From a virus: a stretch of DNA of 64,000 nucleotides. The stretch lies in IMG/VR virus record IMGVR_UViG_3300045988_167643. One strand, given 5' to 3'. Below, piece after piece: positions 34,508-43,315 of the stretch (position 1 is its first letter; each line of letters starts with the position of its first letter). The translations under genes were made by a program, and so were the position numbers. Under the pieces are notes generated by a model that saw only the letters and a program-made list of their open reading frames with translations, had not been told where the DNA came from and made no database searches.

Positions 34508-34786
34508 ATGGTATCAACAATTGAAGCAACACCACAGATTTATAAAAATGTTCGGTCTTACTTTTCAGCTGGACATGGAGTTGAAAATTATAATCTTGTA
34601 TCAGTTCGACAAAAATTAACTGAAACCTATATTTATAGGGTAATGGCACAGCACAAGATAACTGGAGAATATGCAGTGTGGACCTGCTGGAACGAAACCA
34701 CACAGTCACTAAACTTTGGACATTACGATCTTACAAAAGAAACTGCGATTGACATTTTATTTTGTAAAGGAGAGTGGGATTTTTGA
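34508..34786 (+). CDS. hypothetical protein (92 aa)
   Basis: AAGGAG RBS. Co-oriented. Confidence 0.6.
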   Translation: MVSTIEATPQIYKNVRSYFSAGHGVENYNLVSVRQKLTETYIYRVMAQHKITGEYAVWTCWNETTQSLNFGHYDLTKETAIDILFCKGEWDF

Positions 34787-34965
34787 TCAACAATATGAGA
34801 ATGCAAGAGATTGCAGAGGTACTTGCAAGTAGAATTGCAGAGCATGATCAAGATTTTGCGAGAGAAGTTCTTATTGATGAGCTTGATATGGAAGATGAAG
34901 AGCTGGATTATTTCGGAATCTCTAAGGCAGATTTAGGAATTGAAGAAGATGATGATGATCTGTAA
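34774..34965 (+). CDS. hypothetical acidic protein (63 aa; start uncertain)
   Basis: Co-oriented ORF overlapping the upstream gene. Acidic C-terminus. Confidence 0.45.
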   Translation: MGFLINNMRMQEIAEVLASRIAEHDQDFAREVLIDELDMEDEELDYFGISKADLGIEEDDDDL

Positions 34966-35004
34966 AGAGCAGATAAAATGAAACTTTTAAGGGAGGAAAG
35001 TAAA

Positions 35005-35514
35005 ATGAAGAAATATGAACTTACAACAGAAACTAAAATTAATGCTTTTGGTAAAAAACTTTTTAGAATTAAGGCACTTGTTTCTTTTGGATCTGTATCT
35101 GCTGGAGAAAAAGGAGGATGGGTGGAAAAAGAAGAAAATCTAAGTCAGTCTGGCAATGCATTGGTACGTGACAATGCAGAGGTATCTGGTAATGCATTGG
35201 TATATGGCAATGCGAAGGTATCTGGCAATGCATGGGTACATGGTAATGCGAAGGTACGTGACAATGCAGAGGTATCTGGCAATGCAGTGGTTTCTGGTAA
35301 TGCAGATTACGCTACTATTCACGGTTTTGGTACGTGCTTCCGCACAACAACATTTTTTAGATGTGATGATGAAGAAGTCAGAGTTTCATGCGGATGCTTT
35401 TTCGGAACAATTTCAAAATTTAGAGAACAAGTAAAAAGAACAAGAAAAGGTAAAATTGCAGAAGAATATTTAATGATTGCAGATCTTATGGAAAAACATT
35501 TTAAAGAAGAATAA
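35005..35514 (+). CDS. hexapeptide-repeat (left-handed beta-helix-like) protein, paralog of 59446..60543
   Basis: AAGGGAGG RBS before the ATG at 35005. Eight consecutive (G/D)NAxVx hexads. The N-terminus YELT...FRIKAL...GGWVEKEENL is shared with the 365-aa paralog. Confidence 0.65.
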   Translation: MKKYELTTETKINAFGKKLFRIKALVSFGSVSAGEKGGWVEKEENLSQSGNALVRDNAEVSGNALVYGNAKVSGNAWVHGNAKVRDNAEVSGNAVVSGNADYATIHGFGTCFRTTTFFRCDDEEVRVSCGCFFGTISKFREQVKRTRKGKIAEEYLMIADLMEKHFKEE

Positions 35515-35529
35515 CGGAGGTAAAGGAAA

Positions 35530-35928
35530 ATGAAAAAAGATAAACCGAGATGGAAAAATCTTTCAATGTATGAACGTTTGGCCAGACGCTGCAAACAGCA
35601 TGGAGTATCAGAAGAAATGTGTGAACATTTAAGAAATAAGGGAAAAGAGAAAGAAGCAAAAGAAGAAAAACAAGAGAAATGGAGGATTAAAAATATGTGT
35701 ATTGAAAAATTAATTGAATTACTTCCAACCAGTGTTAAATGTGACACTGTAGATTTTAAAGATGTTCGGTTGAAGGATGGTCGAAATGCCATCCGTGTTA
35801 CTATTGACAGGCTTCTTACCCAGGAAGAGAAAGATAAAATGACCAGCAAAAGATTTGTTGGTCTTGACTGTGTTGGCCTTTACAAGTATGCACCGGAAGT
35901 CAAGAAATCATATTTCTATGTGGTTTAG
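35530..35928 (+). CDS. hypothetical protein (132 aa)
   Basis: GGAGG RBS. Co-oriented. Confidence 0.6.
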   Translation: MKKDKPRWKNLSMYERLARRCKQHGVSEEMCEHLRNKGKEKEAKEEKQEKWRIKNMCIEKLIELLPTSVKCDTVDFKDVRLKDGRNAIRVTIDRLLTQEEKDKMTSKRFVGLDCVGLYKYAPEVKKSYFYVV

Positions 35929-35942
35929 TGAGGTAAGAAAAA

Positions 35943-36545
35943 ATGAGAGAAACAGCAGAAGAAATTATTACGCAGTTCCCATTATGGGAAAAGCGAAAAG
36001 ATATTATTGTAGCTGTTCGATATGCAGATATTCCGGATAGAGAATATACCGAAAAGGATCATGAATTTTATAAATCACTTCCGGAAGGTACAATGAGAAA
36101 TGTTTGCTTTGCAGATGAATGGATTTGGTTAGTCAATGGTGATTATCAGATTTATTATCCATGCTGTGGAAAAATCTACATCCACAAGGCAACTCAAAAA
36201 GTAATGCATGGCGACATCAATATCCACCACAGAGGAAAGTGTTATTCTGTAATGCTTAACTTGATGTATGGTTACACAATACTTAGAGTTGATAAATTCT
36301 TACATGATTCCGGTTCAGGTAAATCTGTTGGATTTTGTACAAAAGATTCTTTTGGAAGTACACAGTACGCAAATCACACAGAAGAAATGGAACGTGATGA
36401 GATTTTAAGGATCTTAAATGATCCAATGGCAGACTTTGGATATGGCGTACAGAAATTTTTAGAAACTGCAAGAGAAGTATATAAAGATAATCCTGAGAAC
36501 TATTATTTAAAAAATTGCTGGGGATCTGGAGGTAAGGGAAAATGA
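35943..36545 (+). CDS. hypothetical protein (200 aa)
   Basis: GAGG RBS. Co-oriented. Confidence 0.65.
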   Translation: MRETAEEIITQFPLWEKRKDIIVAVRYADIPDREYTEKDHEFYKSLPEGTMRNVCFADEWIWLVNGDYQIYYPCCGKIYIHKATQKVMHGDINIHHRGKCYSVMLNLMYGYTILRVDKFLHDSGSGKSVGFCTKDSFGSTQYANHTEEMERDEILRILNDPMADFGYGVQKFLETAREVYKDNPENYYLKNCWGSGGKGK

Positions 36546-36796
36546 AATACTACGGAAAAATTACATATGAAATAGATAAGAATCATCCGGATGTAAATTA
36601 TGTTGCTGGTGGTTGGTACAAAGGGAAAGTATTTAAGTACGAAGATACTTACGGATTTGACGAACGATTGTATTCACCAGAAGATCATTATATACTTGTC
36701 AATTCCATTAAAAAGGATTTAAAACTTGTCGCAGGTGGTGGATATAATACAAACCATATTCACAATGTAAAATTTGAAATCCGAAGAATAGCGTAG
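36542..36796 (+). CDS. hypothetical protein (84 aa)
   Basis: ATGA start/stop overlap with the upstream gene. GGAGG RBS. Confidence 0.6.
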   Translation: MKYYGKITYEIDKNHPDVNYVAGGWYKGKVFKYEDTYGFDERLYSPEDHYILVNSIKKDLKLVAGGGYNTNHIHNVKFEIRRIA

Positions 36797-36809
36797 GGGA
36801 GTAGGTAAA

Positions 36810-36965
36810 ATGAAAGATTATACAGTGATGGTTAAAAAATACGGTTTTATTACCATTGAAGCAGAAGATGATGAGGATGCTCTGGAACAGGTAGATGGAC
36901 TATCATCTTCTGATTTTGATTGGTCAGATTTTGGTGAAGCTCAAATTGTTGAAGATAAAGATTAA
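36810..36965 (+). CDS. hypothetical acidic protein (51 aa, hand-called)
   Basis: GGGGAG RBS. Fills the gap. Confidence 0.45.
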   Translation: MKDYTVMVKKYGFITIEAEDDEDALEQVDGLSSSDFDWSDFGEAQIVEDKD

Positions 36966-36995
36966 GATAAAACGGAAATTTTAAGGGGAATCAGA

Positions 36996-37151
36996 ATGAG
37001 TAGAGGTAAAGATATTTCGACTATGTATACGAAAGAAGAAAATAAAAAGAATGGAAGACTTGGGTATTATAATGCTACCAGAGAAAAGAAAGACATTATA
37101 AGCCCTGCGCAGTATGGAGCATTTCTGCAAAAAAGAGGTAAAAGGAAATAA
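36996..37151 (+). CDS. hypothetical basic protein (51 aa, hand-called)
   Basis: AAGGGG RBS. Fills the gap. Confidence 0.45.
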   Translation: MSRGKDISTMYTKEENKKNGRLGYYNATREKKDIISPAQYGAFLQKRGKRK

Positions 37152-37176
37152 AAGAAATTTTAAGGGAGATGAAAAT

Positions 37177-37554
37177 ATGTATAAGGTAAAATATGAAAAA
37201 TATTATGACTATTATATAAACTCTCAGGAAGTAAAAACCTTTTATTCACTTAAAGAACTGGCAGATTGGTTATTTGAAATGGTGAACGGAGAATATAATA
37301 ATTCTTCATTCTATTTTGTTAATCCAGATGAAAAACATGAGAGAGAAGATGGAAGACTTTATCTTGACGATTCGTTTATTCAGTCATGTGATGGAACATT
37401 TCACTACTGGATTGAACAGATTGAAAGAGATGGGGAAATTATTTACTCATGTGGAACATTTACGAATGGTATTTGCCATTGGAATGAAGAAATTAAACAG
37501 TGGTTAAGAGAATGTAGGGAACGAAAAAACAATCCAACATTCAATTTTGGTTGA
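37177..37554 (+). CDS. hypothetical protein (125 aa)
   Basis: AAGGGAG RBS before the ATG at 37177. The track start at 37114 overlaps the previous small ORF. Confidence 0.6.
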   Translation: MYKVKYEKYYDYYINSQEVKTFYSLKELADWLFEMVNGEYNNSSFYFVNPDEKHEREDGRLYLDDSFIQSCDGTFHYWIEQIERDGEIIYSCGTFTNGICHWNEEIKQWLRECRERKNNPTFNFG

Positions 37555-37571
37555 TGGAGGTAAAGAGAAAT

Positions 37572-37739
37572 ATGAAAAAGTATAGTGTAACTTACCACGA
37601 AACCTACGAAGAAAATTATGAAGTCGAAGCTAATTCACCGGAAGAAGCAGAAGAAATTCTTCGAGAACGAATTAGAGACGGCAAAGAAGATGGTCCAGAG
37701 CAGTGCTGTGACAGTTGGTGTGATGTAACAGAACTATAA
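37572..37739 (+). CDS. hypothetical acidic protein (55 aa)
   Basis: GGAGG upstream. The track start is at 37551. Confidence 0.5.
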   Translation: MKKYSVTYHETYEENYEVEANSPEEAEEILRERIRDGKEDGPEQCCDSWCDVTEL

Positions 37740-37765
37740 AATCAACATTTATAGGGAGACACAAA

Positions 37766-38002
37766 ATGGATATTAATTTTGATAAATTAGCAATTGTTAT
37801 TATTGACGAGTTTGAATCTGACAGAGAATGTTCTGGTCGAGATGAAATTGTTAAAGGAATGAAGTATGTACTTAATAAATATACTTCAGGACATGATCGA
37901 GAAATTATTGACCAGATGCTTATGACATTTACTGGATGGACTCTACAAACACTGCTTGGGAAGGCAAATAAAGTGTCAGATGAAGAAATTGAAGAACTAT
38001 AA
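37766..38002 (+). CDS. hypothetical protein (78 aa)
   Basis: GGGAG RBS. Co-oriented. Confidence 0.6.
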   Translation: MDINFDKLAIVIIDEFESDRECSGRDEIVKGMKYVLNKYTSGHDREIIDQMLMTFTGWTLQTLLGKANKVSDEEIEEL

Positions 38003-38031
38003 AATCCGCATTTTGTAAGGGAGATGAAAAC

Positions 38032-38442
38032 ATGACATTCGAGGAAGCGAAAAAGAGACCAGACTATAAGTTTGTGCTTAATGGAATTGAAAGTGATATT
38101 GAAGATATTCGAAATAACTACATGAAGAGGTTATATGAGAATGGTGATCCGGAAAGAGGAATTGCTATTCTTGAAATCGGTTATGTAGACATTGAGGTAA
38201 ATTTAATGACATACGAACAGGTTGGAGAGCATCCTGGAGATAAACGTCCGATTATCAATTATTTTTCATGTATTAAATGTGGAGATAATGAAGATGATTG
38301 GAGATCTGATGATTATGTCGATCATGATATTAATGTAAATTGGGTTTTAGACAACTGGGCAGAACAGCTTGAAAGGGATATGTTTGAAGCTCTTAATAAA
38401 TATGTTGTCCAAAAAGGTTATAGTTATGATCACGCTAATTAG
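38032..38442 (+). CDS. hypothetical protein (136 aa)
   Basis: AAGGGAG RBS. Co-oriented. Confidence 0.6.
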   Translation: MTFEEAKKRPDYKFVLNGIESDIEDIRNNYMKRLYENGDPERGIAILEIGYVDIEVNLMTYEQVGEHPGDKRPIINYFSCIKCGDNEDDWRSDDYVDHDINVNWVLDNWAEQLERDMFEALNKYVVQKGYSYDHAN

Positions 38443-38459
38443 TAAAGGAGATAAAAATT

Positions 38460-38615
38460 ATGACAGTAGATCAGTTGGTTAAATCTTTAATGCATTACGA
38501 TCCGGATGCAGAAATAGTTATTTTTGATAGACACACCGGCGAACCATATGAATATTGTTTTTCTTTTGAAAATGAAAATGAAGGAAAAAAACAAATAATG
38601 ATTGAGGTTGAATAA
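38460..38615 (+). CDS. hypothetical protein (51 aa, hand-called)
   Basis: AAAGGAG RBS. Fills the gap. Confidence 0.45.
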   Translation: MTVDQLVKSLMHYDPDAEIVIFDRHTGEPYEYCFSFENENEGKKQIMIEVE

Positions 38616-38644
38616 TAAAATTCGTATTTGATCGGAGGAGAAAA

Positions 38645-39013
38645 ATGGAATATTCAAAAATTGTAAAAAAAGAATGCCCAATGTGCGGTAAAACATATTT
38701 TGTTAAATTAACAGAAGTTGAATATGATCAGTACAAAAAATATATTGCATACGGAAGCTTGATTCAGAATGCCCTTTCAAACACAAGTCCAACAGTAAGG
38801 GAATTTTTGAAAACTGGGTATTGTCCAGACTGCCAGAAATTATTGTTTGGAAAATGTGAGCAGAAAGAATTGTTCTTTTCTTATGACGATATTAGAGAAG
38901 ATGTTACAAAAGAGTTCTGTGAAAGGCATGAAAATATATTAGATGCTCTCACGTCTGATGATGCTGATGTTTTGACAGAAGAAGAGTGGCTATTACTAAT
39001 GTATGAGTTTTAG
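38645..39013 (+). CDS. zinc-ribbon protein (122 aa)
   Basis: GGAGGAG RBS. Contains CPMCGK...CPDCQK. Confidence 0.6.
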   Translation: MEYSKIVKKECPMCGKTYFVKLTEVEYDQYKKYIAYGSLIQNALSNTSPTVREFLKTGYCPDCQKLLFGKCEQKELFFSYDDIREDVTKEFCERHENILDALTSDDADVLTEEEWLLLMYEF

Positions 39014-39024
39014 TGAAAGGAGCA

Positions 39025-39213
39025 ATGGAAATGGCATATTATCATAGTCCAAAAGAGTATGAAGCAAAAACAGGAAAACGTTTTTCTGATAAAGGAGCAT
39101 CAATTCACAGAACTGGATCTGTAAAGGGAATGGTTAAGTTAGGATACTGGGATAAAGATGCAGACAAGGTAAGATGTGGAAGCTACATTTATCTGCAAAA
39201 TAATTTTAGGTAA
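39025..39213 (+). CDS. hypothetical protein (about 62 aa; start 39025 or 39031)
   Basis: AAAGGAG RBS. The track start at 39013 is a GTG. Confidence 0.5.
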   Translation: MEMAYYHSPKEYEAKTGKRFSDKGASIHRTGSVKGMVKLGYWDKDADKVRCGSYIYLQNNFR

Positions 39214-39239
39214 AAATTATAATCTACGGAGGTATTTTA

Positions 39240-39398
39240 ATGTATAGAGTAGAGTGGATCGATGATGAAGGAAATCTTAAAATTAAAAGAGGTTTTAAAA
39301 AATCAGAACTGGCGCATCTGTGGATTGAAAAGATGCATTTAAAAATAGACAGTTTCCCAATGGTATTTTATGAGGGAGAGGGAGAAAACGATGACTAA
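39240..39398 (+). CDS. hypothetical protein (52 aa, hand-called)
   Basis: GGAGG RBS. Fills the gap. Confidence 0.45.
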   Translation: MYRVEWIDDEGNLKIKRGFKKSELAHLWIEKMHLKIDSFPMVFYEGEGENDD

Positions 39399-39549
39399 AT
39401 TAGAAAATATGGCAGCTGATGAATTTAAAAAGTTGCCGAAAAAGAAACAGAAAGAGATTAACAAGGCAAAACGCATTCCGGTAGCAAAACCTGGACATGA
39501 GTTTAATAAAAGTAATGTTCGGTGTAAACGCTGGAATACGGATGAGTGA
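39391..39549 (+). CDS. hypothetical basic protein (52 aa, hand-called)
   Basis: Overlaps the upstream stop by 8 nt. Fills the gap. Confidence 0.4.
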   Translation: MTKLENMAADEFKKLPKKKQKEINKAKRIPVAKPGHEFNKSNVRCKRWNTDE

Positions 39550-39561
39550 TGGAGGTACTAC

Positions 39562-39822
39562 ATGAAAGGATTTGATTTACCTGTAATGGATGGAACACGA
39601 AAAAGTTTTTATGGAAAGGCAAAAGTAATTGAACACGATAATGGAGATATATGTCTGATAAGTTATTCAACATTGGTTGCTAGAATACATAATGGAAATT
39701 TTGAGAAGTTATGGGATGGATATAGTGCTACAACAATGCGGCATATAAATTCATTCCTTTTATTTTACAATCTTCCAGGTGGTGGAAAGTTGTGGTGGAA
39801 TAAATTAGAGGTGGTGGCATGA
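39562..39822 (+). CDS. hypothetical protein (86 aa)
   Basis: GGAGG RBS. Co-oriented. Confidence 0.6.
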   Translation: MKGFDLPVMDGTRKSFYGKAKVIEHDNGDICLISYSTLVARIHNGNFEKLWDGYSATTMRHINSFLLFYNLPGGGKLWWNKLEVVA

Positions 39823-40064
39823 CTGAAAGAGAGAGAAATCTAATTAAAAGTAACCTAAAAGCTTTCGTACATAATTTTGGAACAGTTCGTATTGAGAAAG
39901 AAAATTGTGGTAAAGGCTTTTATGTGTTTTATCCAGAGGATAGTGATTCATATATCCAGTATTGCTATAGCATTGAGTACCTGGATGGTTGGCTTTATGG
40001 ATGTGTTCAAGGAAAACTAAGATTAAAATTAAATGATGAAAGAGAGCGTGAGTTGTATGGTTAA
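39819..40064 (+). CDS. hypothetical protein (81 aa)
   Basis: ATGA start/stop overlap with the upstream gene. Confidence 0.6.
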   Translation: MTERERNLIKSNLKAFVHNFGTVRIEKENCGKGFYVFYPEDSDSYIQYCYSIEYLDGWLYGCVQGKLRLKLNDERERELYG

Positions 40065-40263
40065 AAGATTTAGAAAACCAGATACGGTTGAAGCATACAA
40101 TACTGCCGGATTCAGAGAGAGATACGCAATGGAAAATGGAAATAAAAGTACAGTGTATCTAAATGGACATAAATGTTACAAGTTTACATATTCAAAAGAT
40201 GTTGATTATCAGGATGCTAATGGAGCCTTATATGATACTGTCGAGAAAAGATGGAGGGCTTAA
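40033..40263 (+). CDS. hypothetical protein (76 aa; alternative start at 40057)
   Basis: Co-oriented ORF overlapping the upstream gene. Confidence 0.5.
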   Translation: MMKESVSCMVKRFRKPDTVEAYNTAGFRERYAMENGNKSTVYLNGHKCYKFTYSKDVDYQDANGALYDTVEKRWRA

Positions 40264-40264
40264 T

Positions 40265-40591
40265 ATGTTAAAAGATATTAAAGATGCAAAAGAAATTAGC
40301 TGCTATGACGCACTGACAGGAAGATATACTGGTGAAGAGGACGGTTGGCAGAAATGGAAAGATTTAGATGAAGATACAAGTTATGAAGTGTTTTGCTTAT
40401 GTCGTGAATTTGTAGCAAAAACAGCTAGGGGAAATCGGAGAACAAGAATTATGAATAAAGGAAAAAATTATGTTGAGCCTTGTGGAATTCTCAGAAGACT
40501 TGCATATAACTTTAAGAGAGGTGAAATTGAGTATACTGCTGGCCAAGATTACAATGAAGAAATGAAAACATTAAGAGGAATTTTTGATTAA
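40265..40591 (+). CDS. hypothetical protein (108 aa)
   Basis: GGAGGG RBS before the ATG at 40265. The track start is at 40163. Confidence 0.6.
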   Translation: MLKDIKDAKEISCYDALTGRYTGEEDGWQKWKDLDEDTSYEVFCLCREFVAKTARGNRRTRIMNKGKNYVEPCGILRRLAYNFKRGEIEYTAGQDYNEEMKTLRGIFD

Positions 40592-40605
40592 AGGAGGATA
40601 AAAAT

Positions 40606-40803
40606 ATGTTTAAACTTACAATTAATACAGGTAATGCAGCTTTTCACGATGAGTATAATGATGATAAGGCTTATGACAAATACTGTGAGGCAGAAGAAAT
40701 TTCCAGAATTTTAAAAGAAGTCATTGATAAACTTGAGTATGGTTGTGAGTCAGGCGTTTTAATTGATATCAATGGAAATAAAGTTGGAGAATGGAGCCGG
40801 TAA
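40606..40803 (+). CDS. hypothetical protein (65 aa)
   Basis: AAGGAGG RBS. Confidence 0.6.
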   Translation: MFKLTINTGNAAFHDEYNDDKAYDKYCEAEEISRILKEVIDKLEYGCESGVLIDINGNKVGEWSR

Positions 40804-40819
40804 AAGGGAGGTACATAAA

Positions 40820-41044
40820 ATGACAATAGAAGAAATGTGTGATTATTTGTCATCACATAGGACTTATAAAGAAGATGATGATTTATATTACGAGAAAAAA
40901 ATGATGGAAAGTAAAAAAACTATTCCAATAAGTGAACTTGTAGAGCGATTCATTGAAGTTGATAAAGAATTTAGAGGAGAACCTTGGAACATTTTACAAA
41001 TTCTTGCAAATATCAATATAATTGTGCCAGTAGAGGATCGATAA
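40820..41044 (+). CDS. hypothetical protein (74 aa)
   Basis: GGGAGG RBS before the ATG at 40820. The track start is at 40763. Confidence 0.6.
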   Translation: MTIEEMCDYLSSHRTYKEDDDLYYEKKMMESKKTIPISELVERFIEVDKEFRGEPWNILQILANINIIVPVEDR

Positions 41045-41059
41045 AAGGGAGGTTTTACG

Positions 41060-41692
41060 ATGAGAGAGATAATTAAAAAATTCAATGTTTATCAGTATTC
41101 TGAACTATCTGATGAAGCGAAAGCAAAAGTTCGGAGTTGGTATGTTGATGATCCAGTAAGATCAGAAGAACTAACCTTTCTAATTAACCAAGATTTGGAG
41201 AATTTATTTCCAAACAGTAAACTTAAAGTTGAATGGAGCTTATCATATTGCCAGGGTGACGGAGTAAATGTCTATGGTGATTTATGCTTTATGGATTTAG
41301 TAAATATGGTACAAAATCATTTATGCGGAGATTACTACAAAGCTTTTGAGAATTTCTTTTCACCAAAGGAAATTAAAACTGCAAAGTTTTATTCTGAATA
41401 TTGTGGTGATGTAAAATTACCTGTTAACAGAAGGAGTTATGCATATTGCTATGTTAGTCAAATTGATCTTGAGTCCGATTTTACATACGAGATGTCACAT
41501 TTTAGGAATATTAATTTAGATTTACTAGGCAAAATGGAAACTTATGTCAAGAGGGTAATTAGGAAATACTGTTTAGATTGGGAAGAAACAGGTTATAAAT
41601 ATTTGTACGAACCTGATGAAGAAGAAGTTGAAGAATCTTGTAACATAAACGAATGGGAGTTCCTGGAAGATGGAACATATTATGCAGCATAA
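41060..41692 (+). CDS. hypothetical protein (210 aa)
   Basis: GGGAGG RBS. A terminator follows. Confidence 0.65.
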   Translation: MREIIKKFNVYQYSELSDEAKAKVRSWYVDDPVRSEELTFLINQDLENLFPNSKLKVEWSLSYCQGDGVNVYGDLCFMDLVNMVQNHLCGDYYKAFENFFSPKEIKTAKFYSEYCGDVKLPVNRRSYAYCYVSQIDLESDFTYEMSHFRNINLDLLGKMETYVKRVIRKYCLDWEETGYKYLYEPDEEEVEESCNINEWEFLEDGTYYAA

Positions 41693-41701
41693 ATTATAAG
41701 G

Positions 41702-41737
41702 CAACTGGGAAGTACATAGTACCAGTTGTCTTTTTTT
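41702..41737 (+). terminator. rho-independent terminator
   Basis: CAACTGG...CCAGTTG followed by TCTTTTTTT. Confidence 0.75.
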
Positions 41738-41764
41738 AGTACAAAAAAATGGAGATAAGAGAAC

Positions 41765-42028
41765 ATGATAAAAATTCTTGTAAGATTAGATTTTTTCTAT
41801 GACGGTGAAGATACAATTGATCAATTTATATTGATGGTAAAAAGTGGAACATCGTTTGATGACGTAGAAGAGGAGTTATTGAAAGCTCATAAATATCTTT
41901 GCGAAGAAGATGAAACAGATTTATATGGAAAACATGGAAGAATACCACTTACATTAATTAACTATGTTTGTGAAAAAAATGGATGGAAATATTATGATTT
42001 AGAATATGATATTGACTTAAATCTTTGA
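41765..42028 (+). CDS. hypothetical protein (87 aa)
   Basis: GGAG RBS. Co-oriented. Confidence 0.6.
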   Translation: MIKILVRLDFFYDGEDTIDQFILMVKSGTSFDDVEEELLKAHKYLCEEDETDLYGKHGRIPLTLINYVCEKNGWKYYDLEYDIDLNL

Positions 42029-42047
42029 CTGAAAGGCGGTAAGAGAA

Positions 42048-42404
42048 ATGGAAAAAACATTAGATATTACTCTTGATGAGTTATTAAACAAACTTGGCAA
42101 GACAAAAGAAGATTTAGTAATGGAGTTGGATGAACTTAATAAATGGATGGAAACAACTAACTATAGACATGGTTTTACCGGAATGGAAGGGTTCGTTTCA
42201 TTAGGCTATATGTTTTATAAGAAAAAAGTTTTCGAAGGTAAGGTTGATGATGTATTGACTCGTGCAGATGATTGGGGTTATGACATCAGTTGGGAAGAAG
42301 CTGAAGAAGTTGTTATATTGTTTCAAAGAATTTATGACTGTAACTTAAGTGAGAATGACCAGATTGAGAACTGTATCAAAACTGTTATACAGAAAGGAAA
42401 CTGA
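42048..42404 (+). CDS. hypothetical protein (118 aa)
   Basis: RBS present. Co-oriented. Confidence 0.6.
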   Translation: MEKTLDITLDELLNKLGKTKEDLVMELDELNKWMETTNYRHGFTGMEGFVSLGYMFYKKKVFEGKVDDVLTRADDWGYDISWEEAEEVVILFQRIYDCNLSENDQIENCIKTVIQKGN

Positions 42405-42407
42405 AAA

Positions 42408-42704
42408 ATGGCAGAAATTATTAATACGATTAACATAAGTGCAAATAGTTTTAGTGATTTGAAAACATATTTGGATAAAAAGCCTGAGTATCTATTATTC
42501 TCAAGCCCATCAGGTGCAGCATTAAAAGTTGATTTAAAGCAAGAAAAAGAGGAAAAGGATAGTGCAGAAAACATTGTAGTTCGGTGGATGAATGATATTA
42601 GAAAGAAAACAATCAGCTTTACTGATTATTCGAGTGCAACAAAAGTGTTAGGAGAAATTAAGTCTTATTGTGATGCAGTAATTGTGGCAGTAACTTCAAA
42701 ATAA
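42408..42704 (+). CDS. hypothetical protein (98 aa)
   Basis: RBS present. Co-oriented. Confidence 0.6.
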   Translation: MAEIINTINISANSFSDLKTYLDKKPEYLLFSSPSGAALKVDLKQEKEEKDSAENIVVRWMNDIRKKTISFTDYSSATKVLGEIKSYCDAVIVAVTSK

Positions 42705-42730
42705 AATGTAGATTTTATGGAGGAAGAGAA

Positions 42731-42910
42731 ATGATAACTAAAGTTGAATTTTATAACAAAGAGAATGGAATAAAAATTATTATTCCAATGAATTTTGATA
42801 TAAATACTGATAGTTTAAATATTGATCAAAGATGTCTTGCATATGAAGAATTATCAAACTATGTTAGTGACGATTTTATTCACAATACAGTAATTGCAAG
42901 TGCAGAATAA
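42731..42910 (+). CDS. hypothetical protein (59 aa, hand-called)
   Basis: GGAGGAAG RBS. Fills the gap. Confidence 0.5.
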   Translation: MITKVEFYNKENGIKIIIPMNFDINTDSLNIDQRCLAYEELSNYVSDDFIHNTVIASAE

Positions 42911-42923
42911 TGGAGGTAGGAAA

Positions 42924-43313
42924 ATGAAGATATTAGCATTTTGTGATGTTGACAAGGGAATCTTAAAAGATGCAGCAGGTCACACTTACATAGACGATGA
43001 CGATTATAGTGTAGATGATATTCTTAGTGACTTTGACAACGAATTTAACTGGCTTAATCAGTCCGGTGTAAATCTTGATGGATTTACAGAGTTTGATTCT
43101 TACGAAGAAGACGAAGAATACCAGGCGTATATATTTAGATATGGATCTGGATATGTGCCAAGTGGAAAAGCTACACTCAACAAAATGTTATGTGAAGAGA
43201 GATTGATGAAACGTCTGCATGAGCTGTCAGAAGAGAAATACGATGTAACTCGGTATAAAATCTTGAAGAGAACAGTGTACACGGTTTGTACAAAATACGA
43301 GGAGGTGTGCTGA
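42924..43313 (+). CDS. hypothetical protein (129 aa)
   Basis: GGAGG RBS before the ATG at 42924. Confidence 0.6.
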   Translation: MKILAFCDVDKGILKDAAGHTYIDDDDYSVDDILSDFDNEFNWLNQSGVNLDGFTEFDSYEEDEEYQAYIFRYGSGYVPSGKATLNKMLCEERLMKRLHELSEEKYDVTRYKILKRTVYTVCTKYEEVC

Positions 43314-43315
43314 AT

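Noticed and set aside
35140-35849. ORFs 35140..35322 (-), 35156..35434 (+) and 35319..35849 (-)
   Set aside because: They are frame-shifted or antisense readings of the hexapeptide-repeat DNA and of the adjacent plus-strand genes. They are repeat-induced artefacts.
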